A DNA stretch of 64,000 nt from Minisyncoccota bacterium (GCA_041661795.1 JBAZTS010000002.1:36263-100262); one strand, 5' to 3'. Shown: positions 47,387 to 57,417, counted from the first letter of the stretch. Translations and numbers: made by a program. The notes: generated from the sequence alone by a model not told the origin.

Positions 47387-48235
47387 ATGAAAATGAGGAT
47401 TGGGGCTCATGTTTCTGCTTCCGGAGGTTTAGGAGAAACGATAAAGAGAGCTAAAGAAATAGGTGCTAACACCATTCAAATTTTTGGCGCTTCTCCTGTC
47501 AGATGGCAAGCGTCTTTACCGGATAAAAAAGAGGCGGAAAAATTTTATTTAGAAGCAAAAGAAAACGACATCTTACCTATTTTTCTTCATGCCCCCTATC
47601 TTATTAATTTACCCAGTCAAAAAGAAAATTTACCCTCTCTTTCAAAAAATCTTTTAAAAAAACATTTGGAAATATCAAATGCCATTAAAGCCAATGGTGT
47701 TATTTTTCATATAGGTTCTAGGGGAGACAGGGAAGAAAAAGAAGGTCTAAAAATTGTAATTGATTCAATTAAACAAATATTAGAAGACGTTAAAGAAGGA
47801 AATCTTCTGATAGAAAACAGCGCTGGAGCTGGAAATTTGGTTGGTGACACCTTAGAAGAGATATCGGAAATCATAAAGAGTGTGAAAAGTAATCGCTTAG
47901 GAATGTGTTTGGATACGGCTCACGCTTTTGAATCGGGAATACTTCCCGACTATTCCAAAAAATCCATTGATGAATTTTCAAAAAAAATTGATAAGTTAAT
48001 CGGATTTGATAAGATTTTGGCTGTCCATCTTAACGACAGCAAAACGCCCTCTTTCTCAAACAAAGACAGACATGAAAATATAGGGGAGGGAATGATAGGA
48101 AAAGAGGGTATAAAGAATTTTATTAACCATAAGGACTTTAAAAAACTCCCATTTCTTCTTGAAGTTCCCGGGTTTGACGATAATGGACCGGATAAAAAGA
48201 ATATTGATATAGTCAAATCTCTCGTGGTAGAATAA
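47387..48235 (+). CDS. nfo: Endonuclease IV (AP endonuclease, TIM barrel)
   Basis: IGAHVSASGG, IFHIGS, NSAG.GN.VG, metal-binding H/D/E pattern. Confidence 0.85.
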   Translation: MKMRIGAHVSASGGLGETIKRAKEIGANTIQIFGASPVRWQASLPDKKEAEKFYLEAKENDILPIFLHAPYLINLPSQKENLPSLSKNLLKKHLEISNAIKANGVIFHIGSRGDREEKEGLKIVIDSIKQILEDVKEGNLLIENSAGAGNLVGDTLEEISEIIKSVKSNRLGMCLDTAHAFESGILPDYSKKSIDEFSKKIDKLIGFDKILAVHLNDSKTPSFSNKDRHENIGEGMIGKEGIKNFINHKDFKKLPFLLEVPGFDDNGPDKKNIDIVKSLVVE

Positions 48236-48240
48236 GCAAG

Positions 48241-48321
48241 ATGAATAAGAAAAGAAAAATTGCCGGCAGGAAACACGCTAAAAAAGCTGGCAAGAAGATA
48301 AAGTCAATTCGTAACCGTTAA
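48241..48321 (+). CDS. Tiny lysine-rich ORF (MNKKRKIAGRKHAKKAGKKIKSIRNR)
   Basis: 26 codons between nfo and HAD gene; weak RBS. Confidence 0.25.
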   Translation: MNKKRKIAGRKHAKKAGKKIKSIRNR

Positions 48322-48326
48322 GGTTT

Positions 48327-48998
48327 ATGAAACCCCTGGCTATATTTGATATAGACGGAACTATATTTAGAAGCTCTTTAGTTATAGAACTTAACAGGGC
48401 TTTAGTTAAATATGGTGTTTTTCCTCCGATAGTGGAAAAGGAGATAGAACATCATTATATAAAGTGGGTGAATAGAAAAGGTGACTATGATGATTATATC
48501 AATCAAGTTATTAAGGCATTTGATAAAAGGATAGAGGGATGTTCGGTGGAGGATATAAAAAGAGTCAGTGAGGTTGTTATCAAGGAACAGAAAGATAAAG
48601 TATATCGTTTCACTAGAGATCTTATAAAAGAAATAAAAAAGAAGTATGTTTTGGTGGCTATTTCCGGGTCTCCTATTGAAATTGTAAAGATATTTGCAAG
48701 AAAATGGGGATTTGAAGTTTTTTATGGAACTTTCCATTATTCTAAAAATGGAAGATATACCGGTGAAATTAACGTGCCGGCAAGAAACAAAGAGAAAGTA
48801 GTTCTTGATTTGAAAAATAAAACTGGTTGGAGTTTAAAAAACTCTATTGGTGTAGGGGATACTGAAACTGATATCGGATTTTTGAAATTAGTTTCTAAAC
48901 CAATTTGTTTTAATCCCAACAAAAAACTTTACAATATCGCTAAAAAGAACGATTGGAAGATTGTTGTTGAAAGAAAAGACATGGTCTACAAAATATAA
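48327..48998 (+). CDS. HAD-superfamily hydrolase (subfamily IB-like)
   Basis: FDIDGT motif I; S(G)SP motif II; GDTETD motif IV. Confidence 0.7.
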   Translation: MKPLAIFDIDGTIFRSSLVIELNRALVKYGVFPPIVEKEIEHHYIKWVNRKGDYDDYINQVIKAFDKRIEGCSVEDIKRVSEVVIKEQKDKVYRFTRDLIKEIKKKYVLVAISGSPIEIVKIFARKWGFEVFYGTFHYSKNGRYTGEINVPARNKEKVVLDLKNKTGWSLKNSIGVGDTETDIGFLKLVSKPICFNPNKKLYNIAKKNDWKIVVERKDMVYKI

Positions 48999-49663
48999 TG
49001 TTATACGTTGTTTCTACTCCAGTCGGTAATTTAAAAGATATTTCGGAACGTGCTTTAGAAACATTGAAAAATGTTGATTTTATAATTGCTGAAAGTCCGA
49101 CCGACTCAATAAAACTTCTTAACGCTTATTCTATAAAAAAAGAAATAGTTAAGTATAACGACAAAAATAACAAGTTGGTTGTTAATAAAATTGTTGAACG
49201 GCTGGAGAATGAAAATGCCGCTTATATAACGTCTGCTGGAACTCCTGGCATAAGTGATCCTGGTGCTGATTTGGTTAAAAAAACAAGAGAAACTGGAGTG
49301 ATAATAAATATAATTCCTGGAGCATCGGCTTTAGTTAGTGCCGTTGCCGTTTCTGGAATAAGAGCCAAGCTGTTTACATTTATTAGTTTTCCGCCAAAAA
49401 AATCGGGGCAGATGAAAAATTTTTTTGATGAATATAAAGAAAGAAAAGAAGTTTTGGTATTTTTTGAATCAACCCATCGTATATTAAAAACTTTAAATAT
49501 TTTAAAAGAAACAGTGCCTGATTGTTATGTTTGTGTAGCCAAAGAAATGACCAAGATATTTGAAAATTATTTTACCGGAAGTCCACAGGAGGTTATTGAT
49601 AAAATTAGTGAATTGCCTAAAAACGTAAGAGGGGAGTTTACGATTGTGATTGACTTTAAATAA
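48998..49663 (+). CDS. rsmI: 16S rRNA (cytidine1402-2'-O)-methyltransferase
   Basis: MLYVVSTPVGNL.DIS.RAL..L..VD.I.AE; tetrapyrrole-methylase fold. Confidence 0.85.
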   Translation: MLYVVSTPVGNLKDISERALETLKNVDFIIAESPTDSIKLLNAYSIKKEIVKYNDKNNKLVVNKIVERLENENAAYITSAGTPGISDPGADLVKKTRETGVIINIIPGASALVSAVAVSGIRAKLFTFISFPPKKSGQMKNFFDEYKERKEVLVFFESTHRILKTLNILKETVPDCYVCVAKEMTKIFENYFTGSPQEVIDKISELPKNVRGEFTIVIDFK

Positions 49664-49698
49664 ATAAAAAGATATTTTTCTGTTAAGGGGGATGGATA

Positions 49699-49926
49699 AT
49701 GGCTAGAAGAAAACCGGCAAGATCGATAACCATAGATAGGATGACAAGGATGATTTGCGGAGTGCTGATTCCGTCAATTATCCTTCCTCGACTACAAGAG
49801 GCGGAAGACATCGCCCTTCGGACTCTGGGGGCTTTAGGAAAGTCCCAGAGTGAAGCTCGTCATCTTTTCTGGGTGGCTATTGAGACACTCGCCAAGAGTG
49901 AGCAGATTTCCAACGGCACGCAATAG
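49699..49926 (+). CDS. GC-anomalous small ORF (75 aa) of unknown function; may instead be non-coding
   Basis: GGGGGA RBS; GC content well above flanks; 9-bp hairpin gactctggg...cccagagtg inside. Confidence 0.3.
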   Translation: MARRKPARSITIDRMTRMICGVLIPSIILPRLQEAEDIALRTLGALGKSQSEARHLFWVAIETLAKSEQISNGTQ

Positions 49927-49942
49927 ACAGCTCTTTCCAACT

Positions 49943-49975
49943 ATAGGCGCGGAACTTGTTCCGCGCCTTCTGCAT
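49943..49975. terminator. Terminator hairpin (ggcgcggaac ttg ttccgcgcc)
   Basis: Perfect 10-bp stem between 49699 ORF and convergent tgt. Confidence 0.55.
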
Positions 49976-51133
<1,158 letters not shown>

Positions 51134-51178
51134 TTATAATAATCATATACCGAATACAGTATACCGTATACCGCAAAA

Positions 51179-52666
51179 ATGACTAAGTATATTAAATCTA
51201 AATTAAATAGTTGCTTTTCTTATCCCGATATACGGTCTACGGTTTACAGTTCCCGTTCCTTCACCCTTGTAGAACTCCTCGTCGTCATAGGTATCCTAGC
51301 AGTCCTTACTACAGCAGTCGTTATCATCCTCAATCCTGCTGATTATCTTGCTCAATCTCGTGACTCTAGAAGAATGAATGACCTCTCTCTCCTCAATAAC
51401 TCTCTCCAGAACTTAGAAGCCATAGACCCTACCATATCTTTTGGAACATCTCTTACCGTCTATATCTCCATCCCAGACGATGCTTCTTCTACCTGTGGAA
51501 CCTTAGGATTACCCAATCTTTCTTCAGGATATACATATAACTGTGTCTCTACAGCTAATCTCACCAAAACAGATGGTACAGGTTGGGTTCCTGTCAACTT
51601 TACTACTCAATCTATTGTTCAATTATCTGCTCTTCCTATAGATCCTACTAATACCCCTACAGATGGACTTTATTATACATATACTCCTGGAGGGAGTTGG
51701 CATCTAAGATCTATTCTTGAATCATCTAAATATCAATCCAAAGCTCTAAACGATGGAGGCACATCAGACAACGCCTTTGAAACAGGAACGAACATGGCTC
51801 TTGCTCCAGCAGTATTCCCCAACAACTGGATAAAGGTTCCCGGAAGCTCCACATACAATACCTCTGATTTTTGGGTTATGAAGTATGAGGCCAAGTATGA
51901 CAAGGATAATGATGGAAAAGGAGATGCAACATCATATTGTAGATACGGTGGTTATAATTCAATTTCTATTGGTTGTGTTACTGGTGGCAGTTTTATATCC
52001 TCAGCTTATGGTTTTCCTGTTGCTACCGCTTATTCTGCTTCTGACGCTAACAATGCCTGTTCTTCTACCGGTGCTCATCTTGTTACAAATAACGAATGGA
52101 TGACGATCGCCAGAAATGTAGAACAAGTTGATTCCAACTGGACAGGCGGTTCTGTTGGTTCCGGAAAATTATTTATTGGCAACTATGGTTATTGTTATGG
52201 AGTTAGTAATTGCTATACCTTTAGTGGCACGTTTCAAGATTATGGAACTAATAGAAACTCAAGAGCAAAGTTGACTCTTTCCAATAAGGAAGAAATATAT
52301 GACTTTTCTGGTAATATGGCCGAAAATGTAAAACTCGGATCTTCTTTTGCTATTACCGAAGCAAATCATCCGGATGCGATCAGTATAGGAGATTGGGCCA
52401 ATAATGATTTTTTATCTCTTACTAGTTATGGAGATTTTTCTTCTTATGATAATCTAGGACCATCTGATGACTCATGGACTAATGCCAGTCAAGGAGTTGG
52501 ATATATGTATCATTGCGATGGATGTTCTTCTGGTGGCGCCTCAACAATAATTAGAGGAGGATCAGTTGATTCTCAAGCCGCTGGAGCTCCTGGAATATAT
52601 ACGATTCGTCTGCGTTATATAGGTGGCGATTATAATGCTTATAGTGGTTTTCGCTGCGCTAAATAA
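51179..52666 (+). CDS. Type IV pilin-like protein with C-terminal FGE-sulfatase (SUMF1)-like lectin domain
   Basis: N-terminal SFTLVELLVVIGILAVL prepilin-type motif; AHLVTNNEWMTIAR and IIRGGSV...IRLRY...GFRCAK FGE-domain signatures. Confidence 0.65.
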   Translation: MTKYIKSKLNSCFSYPDIRSTVYSSRSFTLVELLVVIGILAVLTTAVVIILNPADYLAQSRDSRRMNDLSLLNNSLQNLEAIDPTISFGTSLTVYISIPDDASSTCGTLGLPNLSSGYTYNCVSTANLTKTDGTGWVPVNFTTQSIVQLSALPIDPTNTPTDGLYYTYTPGGSWHLRSILESSKYQSKALNDGGTSDNAFETGTNMALAPAVFPNNWIKVPGSSTYNTSDFWVMKYEAKYDKDNDGKGDATSYCRYGGYNSISIGCVTGGSFISSAYGFPVATAYSASDANNACSSTGAHLVTNNEWMTIARNVEQVDSNWTGGSVGSGKLFIGNYGYCYGVSNCYTFSGTFQDYGTNRNSRAKLTLSNKEEIYDFSGNMAENVKLGSSFAITEANHPDAISIGDWANNDFLSLTSYGDFSSYDNLGPSDDSWTNASQGVGYMYHCDGCSSGGASTIIRGGSVDSQAAGAPGIYTIRLRYIGGDYNAYSGFRCAK

Positions 52667-52668
52667 TT

Positions 52669-54618
52669 TTATGAAGATGCTTTTTTAATTGCCTCCATTT
52701 CTTTTTTTATTTGAGTAGCTTTTTCAAACTGTAAATTTCTCTGTGCCATTTCCAGTTTTTGCCTTAATTCTTTCAAATAATCCCTCTTAAATTCACTGCT
52801 GATATTTTTGAACTCTTCGCTTTTCTCTTCTTTATTATCTAATAATGTATTTTTTATTTCTTTTATTATGGCCTGTGGCTTTTTATTGTGTTTGCGATTA
52901 TATTCCTGCTGAATTTTTCTTCTTCTGTCCATTTCGGATATTGCTCCTTTCATTGATTTAGTAGTTTTGTCGGCATACATAATCACATGGCTGTTTAAGT
53001 TTCTGGCAGATCTTCCGGCAATTTGAATGAAAGAAGTTTTATCTCTTAAAAATCCTTCTTTGTCGGCGTCTAAAATAGCTATTAATGAAACTTCAGGTAA
53101 ATCCAATCCCTCTCTTAATAAGTTTATCCCAACCAGAACATCAAACTTTCCGGTTCTCAAATCAAAAAGAATTTTTGGTCTTTCCAATGTATCAATTTCG
53201 GAATGTAAAAACTCAGCTTTTATTTTTTTATCCTTAAAATGTTGAACTAGGGCTTCTGACAAGCGCTTGGTAAGAACAGTTACTAAAACTCTTTCTTTCC
53301 TTTTTATTCTTTCTTCTATTTCTTTTATTAAGTCAGGGATTTGATTTTCCGTGGGGCGAATCTCAGTTTCCGGGTCCAAAAGATAAGTTGGTCTGACAAT
53401 CTGTTGGGCAACCAAAGATGATTTTTCCAATTCATATTCAGCTGGGGTAGCCGAAGCAAACAAACATTTATTTATTTTTGAATGAAACTCGTTAAATTTA
53501 AGAGGTCGATTATCTAAGGCCGATGGTATGCGAAATCCGTGTTCTATAAGAGTTTCTTTTCTGGCTTTGTCGCCGTGATACATCCCTCTTACCTGAGGAA
53601 GAGTCATGTGGGACTCGTCTATAATCATCAAAAAATCTTTAGGAAAATAATCAATCAAAGTGAATGGGGGACTGTCTGGTTTTCTTCCCTCAAAATAACG
53701 GGAATAATTTTCAATTCCTTTACACCAGCCAACTTCAGATATCAAAGCCATATCATAATTAGTCCTTCTCTTGAGACGCTCGGCTTCTATCATTTTTCCT
53801 CTTTCCTGAAGTTTTTTAACTTGTTCTTCCAAATCCAAACGTATATTGGATATGGCTACTTGTCTTACACTCTCTTCCGATGACCAGAATTTTGCCGGAA
53901 ATAAATTAATTTCTTTTATATCTTTACTTTTTCCAAACGGCGCTTCCATTTCCACTATTTTCTCAATTGATTCGTGGTTTATCTTAAATCTGTATAAAAT
54001 ATCTCCTCCCGGGGGCCAAACATCTATAAACTCGGCCCTCTGTCTAAAATTTCCTCTCCAAAAACCAAATTCGTTTCTCTCAAACTGTAAAGTTAGTAAT
54101 TTTTTTAGAAGTTCTCTTTTAGTTGTTTTTTGACCCACTTTTATTTTTAAAGAAAGATTTTTGTATGCCTCTGGAGAACCCAAATTATAAATACAGGAAA
54201 CAGAAGCCACGATTATGGTGTTTGGATTTTTTAAAACTGATTGGACGGCCGCGTGTCTTAGTTTGTCTATCTCTTCATTAATTTGAACTTCCTTTTCTAT
54301 ATAAGTATCGGATGTGGGTAAGTAGGCCTCTGGTTGGTAGTAGTCGTAGTAGGAAACAAAATAATGGACATTGTCTTTAGGAAATATCATTTTAAATTCT
54401 TCATAAAGCTGGGCGGCTAAAGTTTTGTTATGGGAAATAACTAAGGTGGGCTTGTTAAGTGCCTGAATGGTGTGGGCCATAGTAAACGTTTTACCGCTTC
54501 CGGTAACTCCCAAAAGTGTCTGGAATTTATTGTTTTTACGGAACCCAGAAACTATCTGTTTTATAGCTTTGGGTTGATCGCCAGCTGGCTTTAGTTTTTT
54601 TGATATATTAAATGGCAT
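52669..54618 (-). CDS. uvrB: Excinuclease ABC subunit B
   Basis: GVTGSGKTFTMA Walker A, YFVSYYDYYQPEAY beta-hairpin, helicase motifs, C-terminal UVR coiled-coil. Confidence 0.95.
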   Translation of the reverse strand: MPFNISKKLKPAGDQPKAIKQIVSGFRKNNKFQTLLGVTGSGKTFTMAHTIQALNKPTLVISHNKTLAAQLYEEFKMIFPKDNVHYFVSYYDYYQPEAYLPTSDTYIEKEVQINEEIDKLRHAAVQSVLKNPNTIIVASVSCIYNLGSPEAYKNLSLKIKVGQKTTKRELLKKLLTLQFERNEFGFWRGNFRQRAEFIDVWPPGGDILYRFKINHESIEKIVEMEAPFGKSKDIKEINLFPAKFWSSEESVRQVAISNIRLDLEEQVKKLQERGKMIEAERLKRRTNYDMALISEVGWCKGIENYSRYFEGRKPDSPPFTLIDYFPKDFLMIIDESHMTLPQVRGMYHGDKARKETLIEHGFRIPSALDNRPLKFNEFHSKINKCLFASATPAEYELEKSSLVAQQIVRPTYLLDPETEIRPTENQIPDLIKEIEERIKRKERVLVTVLTKRLSEALVQHFKDKKIKAEFLHSEIDTLERPKILFDLRTGKFDVLVGINLLREGLDLPEVSLIAILDADKEGFLRDKTSFIQIAGRSARNLNSHVIMYADKTTKSMKGAISEMDRRRKIQQEYNRKHNKKPQAIIKEIKNTLLDNKEEKSEEFKNISSEFKRDYLKELRQKLEMAQRNLQFEKATQIKKEMEAIKKASS

Positions 54619-54628
54619 AATTTTCTGC

Positions 54629-54658
54629 CACCTTTTTGGTCAGAAAAAGGTGGCGCCA
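54629..54658 (-). promoter_or_regulatory. 12-bp-stem hairpin in uvrB 5' UTR containing the only SD-like AAGGTGG
   Basis: gccaccttttt ggtcag aaaaaggtggc 9 nt upstream of uvrB ATG. Confidence 0.4.
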
Positions 54659-54842
54659 AAACTGACAACCCTGTATATCCTCTCAAACAAATGAAACAAA
54701 TATCTCGCTTTGTCTTGAACTCGTATCTGCTATACTCACACACTCAAGACACTAAAAGCTCATATTTGCTTTATTTGTTAGTGTTCGGACATACGGGTTG
54801 ATATTTAGCTAATAATAGCCCTAAATCTAGTGTTTGTTAATA

Positions 54843-54871
54843 TTGACTTATTAGTAATAATATGATATACT
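54843..54871 (+). promoter_or_regulatory. Near-consensus sigma70 promoter (TTGACT-N17-TATACT) driving GC-rich gene
   Basis: Hexamers and spacing; ~90 nt upstream of 54963 ATG. Confidence 0.45.
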
Positions 54872-54962
54872 CAAAACAAGTTTCGAAACCGCTTCACTGC
54901 CGTGAACAACACTACAGAAAGAGCGGTCGGAGCACTGCTCTTTCACAGAAAGGGGAACTTCG

Positions 54963-55361
54963 ATGAGTGGGATCGCTTGGTTTTTCGAGGTGTTCGCTCT
55001 GCTGTTTTTCGTGGGGACTCTGGGCGTTGCTTTCATCGGACGCCGCATCCTCAAGGCGGAGCAGGAGTCGTCGGTTCTGATGTCTTTCCTCCAGATCTGC
55101 AGTGGAGCGCTCTTCATCTTCTACGTTTTCGGACTGGGTCAACTCATGGCTCTGTCTGGACTGGAAGGTGCAAGGGCGCCCCGGTGGCTGATTCCGGGCA
55201 CCTACATCACTCTCACCATCTTCAGCGCGTTGACTCGGCTGGCTCTTCCAAGGTGGGGCAGTGACAACAAAGCGATGCAACTCTGGAGTGTCGTCAGCGT
55301 CCTGACGTTCCTACTCGGCACGTTCTGCCTCGGGGCGTACTCGTCCAACTACTTCGAGTAG
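54963..55361 (+). CDS. GC-anomalous (foreign-looking) 4-TM membrane protein, unknown function
   Basis: 132 aa, GC3-rich codons in an AT-rich genome, AGGGGA RBS, own terminator. Confidence 0.6.
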   Translation: MSGIAWFFEVFALLFFVGTLGVAFIGRRILKAEQESSVLMSFLQICSGALFIFYVFGLGQLMALSGLEGARAPRWLIPGTYITLTIFSALTRLALPRWGSDNKAMQLWSVVSVLTFLLGTFCLGAYSSNYFE

Positions 55362-55385
55362 GTCTCCTTCTTCAGCTCTTCAACT

Positions 55386-55421
55386 GGCGGCGTCTCTCAC
55401 GAGGCGCCGCACTGCTTTTTA
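55386..55421. terminator. Bidirectional terminator (gcggcgtctc tcac gaggcgccgc + T-run)
   Basis: GC stem between GC-rich gene and uvrC 3' end. Confidence 0.6.
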
Positions 55422-55467
55422 TATGGTTATAAAATTTATATAAATTTCCCCGTCAATATAAATCCGC

Positions 55468-56607
55468 TTAATCGGTATATGTCCGTGACCGACGTAGTCG
55501 GTGGTATCGTATAGCAAATCTGTGGGCTTCGTTTCTTAACGAAAGTAATGTATTTTTAACATCTTCGGGGATTTGGCTCAAGCTGATAGGGGATTTTGAA
55601 TAGGGACTGTAAATCAATCCTTTTGTTTGTGATCTTTTATATTTCTTGCCAACATCGTTAATTAACTTACCATTACAATTAGAACGATCGTTGTAATTGT
55701 AATGGTGTGGATTATTACCCACAGATTGCAATTTGCCCACGTTTAGTTTTGCTAGAGCTATCATCGGAATCTTAATTGTTTTGAGTTGTGAGATTTGTGA
55801 TTTTCCTCCGTCAATGATAATTAAATCCGGATATTTCCATTCTTTGTGGTTAAGGCGTCTTTCTATAATTTCTTTTATTGAAGCCGGGTCATTGGCTCCT
55901 TTTATCGTTTTTATTTTAAATTTTCTGTAAAGATTTTTATTAGGTTTATTTCCGATAAACGTTACCATTGAGCCAACTGACAAACTACCTTGGGTATTGG
56001 AAATGTCGTAGCACTCAATATGTGTTTTTTCTCCATTATATAAACGAAGAAAAGTTTTTAATCCATTAACCACCTGGATGTATTTTTTTACTTCGATATT
56101 ATGAGCGGAACATAACCCTAAGTGATAATACAAGCACGGCTTTTCCGGTTTATTTTTACATGTGCGATAGGGGAATATTCTTCTGATTATCAATAAGAGA
56201 TGCTTAATCTCTTTTGCGTCTACAAACGGGCCAACAAAATCGGCTTTAAATTTTTTTGTTTGGTGTGTTAAAAGCACTCTGGGGTACTTTTCGTCGGTAA
56301 AAGCTATATACAAAAAATCCTTGTCATCTTTAAGTTCAATGTTATATTTTGGCTGATACTGTCTAACTAATTTTCTTTCTAAAATCAAGGCGTCTTTTTC
56401 AGATGGGGTTTCTATAAAATCTAAGTCAGCTACTTGTTTGTAAAAATTAATAGAAGCATTCTCTTGTCTAGAAAAATGCGATTCTATTCTCTTTTTTATA
56501 TTAATAGCTTTTCCGATATACAAAATCTTCTCATTCTTATCTTTGAAAATATATACTCCCGGTTTCTTAGGAAGTGCTTTTATCTTATTCTTCAGGATTG
56601 TTTTCAC
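55468..56607 (-). CDS. uvrC: Excinuclease ABC subunit C, short form lacking C-terminal (HhH)2 region; GTG start; contains in-frame palindrome insertion
   Basis: GIY-YIG PGVYIFKDKNEKILYIGKA, UvrC Cys-region, RNEAHRFAIRYHR motif near C-terminus; 379 aa vs ~600 typical. Confidence 0.8.
   Translation of the reverse strand: MKTILKNKIKALPKKPGVYIFKDKNEKILYIGKAINIKKRIESHFSRQENASINFYKQVADLDFIETPSEKDALILERKLVRQYQPKYNIELKDDKDFLYIAFTDEKYPRVLLTHQTKKFKADFVGPFVDAKEIKHLLLIIRRIFPYRTCKNKPEKPCLYYHLGLCSAHNIEVKKYIQVVNGLKTFLRLYNGEKTHIECYDISNTQGSLSVGSMVTFIGNKPNKNLYRKFKIKTIKGANDPASIKEIIERRLNHKEWKYPDLIIIDGGKSQISQLKTIKIPMIALAKLNVGKLQSVGNNPHHYNYNDRSNCNGKLINDVGKKYKRSQTKGLIYSPYSKSPISLSQIPEDVKNTLLSLRNEAHRFAIRYHRLRRSRTYTD
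55670..55705. repeat. 36-bp palindrome copy 1 (CCATTACAATTAGAACGATCGTTGTAATTGTAATGG) inside uvrC coding sequence, in-frame
   Basis: One mismatch from perfect symmetry; translated as ...YNYNDRSNCNGKLIN... Confidence 0.6.
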
Positions 56608-56645
56608 TGTTTTTTTATTTTTATCCTTATCTTAATCTTAATCTA

Positions 56646-56681
56646 CCATTACATTTAGAACGATCGTTCTAAATGTAATGG
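56646..56681. repeat. 36-bp perfect palindrome copy 2 (CCATTACATTTAGAACGATCGTTCTAAATGTAATGG), 39 nt upstream of uvrC start and abutting PaaX-like gene stop
   Basis: Perfect symmetry with symmetric A/T change relative to copy 3. Confidence 0.6.
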
Positions 56682-56684
56682 TGG

Positions 56685-57245
56685 CTAGATTTTCTTTATA
56701 GTCCCCATTTTTCCTATTTCCAATATCTCCACGTATTCGTTTATTCTCATTTTTTCTAAATCTTCCACAAACTTTTTAGGAATTTTTATTTTTCCTATCC
56801 AGACACTTTTTTGCAACATTTCAAATCCAATATTCTTTACAGCTGATCTTAACCAAGCCCTCTTCCTTTTAAATTTTTCCGGAACATCAAAAGCTATCAA
56901 AATAACATTGTTTCCGGCTTCTTTCTTATAATCTAAAGCTGGAGATTGATTATTGGATACCCGGTTAATAAGTTTTTTGGCTTTTTTAGTAATCTTGATA
57001 ATCAACCCCTCTTTTTGTTCTATGAGTCCGTCTTTCTTAAGACGATAAATCATTACCCTATATCTGTTTCTTATTTTTTCTTTCTCTGTTTTGATAGTCT
57101 CATTTTTAGTGCCGATTCTATTTAAATTGTCTCTTAATATAGACGTTGAGCCCCAAGAGAATAAAAACGCTTCAAAAGCATTAGAGTATGTTTGTCTATC
57201 TACATTATTTAGAAAACTTATTGTTTCTCTATTTCTTGCCCTCAT
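56685..57245 (-). CDS. PaaX-like transcriptional regulator (wHTH + PaaX middle-domain-like fold)
   Basis: RLKKDGLIEQKEG wHTH; VILIAFDVPEKFKRKRAWLRSAVKNIGFEMLQKSVWIGKIKIP matches PaaX W..LV.S.PE..R..R..LR..L...GFG.LQ.SVWI. Confidence 0.55.
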   Translation of the reverse strand: MRARNRETISFLNNVDRQTYSNAFEAFLFSWGSTSILRDNLNRIGTKNETIKTEKEKIRNRYRVMIYRLKKDGLIEQKEGLIIKITKKAKKLINRVSNNQSPALDYKKEAGNNVILIAFDVPEKFKRKRAWLRSAVKNIGFEMLQKSVWIGKIKIPKKFVEDLEKMRINEYVEILEIGKMGTIKKI

Positions 57246-57270
57246 AACAATATTATATCATCATTTATTA

Positions 57271-57306
57271 CCATTACAATTAGAACGATCGTTCTAATTG
57301 TAATGG
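57271..57306. promoter_or_regulatory. 36-bp perfect palindrome copy 3 overlapping putative leaderless promoter (TTGTAA-N16-TATAAT) of PaaX-like gene
   Basis: CCATTACAATTAGAACGATCGTTCTAATTGTAATGG; TATAAT 6 nt before the ATG. Confidence 0.5.
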
Positions 57307-57417
57307 AGGGAGTATATATGATTAAGAATATTAAATAATTATCATAGAGTTATTATGATTATAGATTGATTTTATCGTTTTAATTAAAGAGTGCCTTATA
57401 AATTAGCACGGACCGCT

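Noticed and set aside
56685-57245. Cas2 identity for the wHTH protein (ferredoxin-like V..FDVP..R..LR...G...LQ.SV core)
   Set aside because: The same core matches the PaaX middle domain more specifically (LQ.SVWI). There is an N-terminal wHTH, and no CRISPR repeats or other cas genes are in the window.
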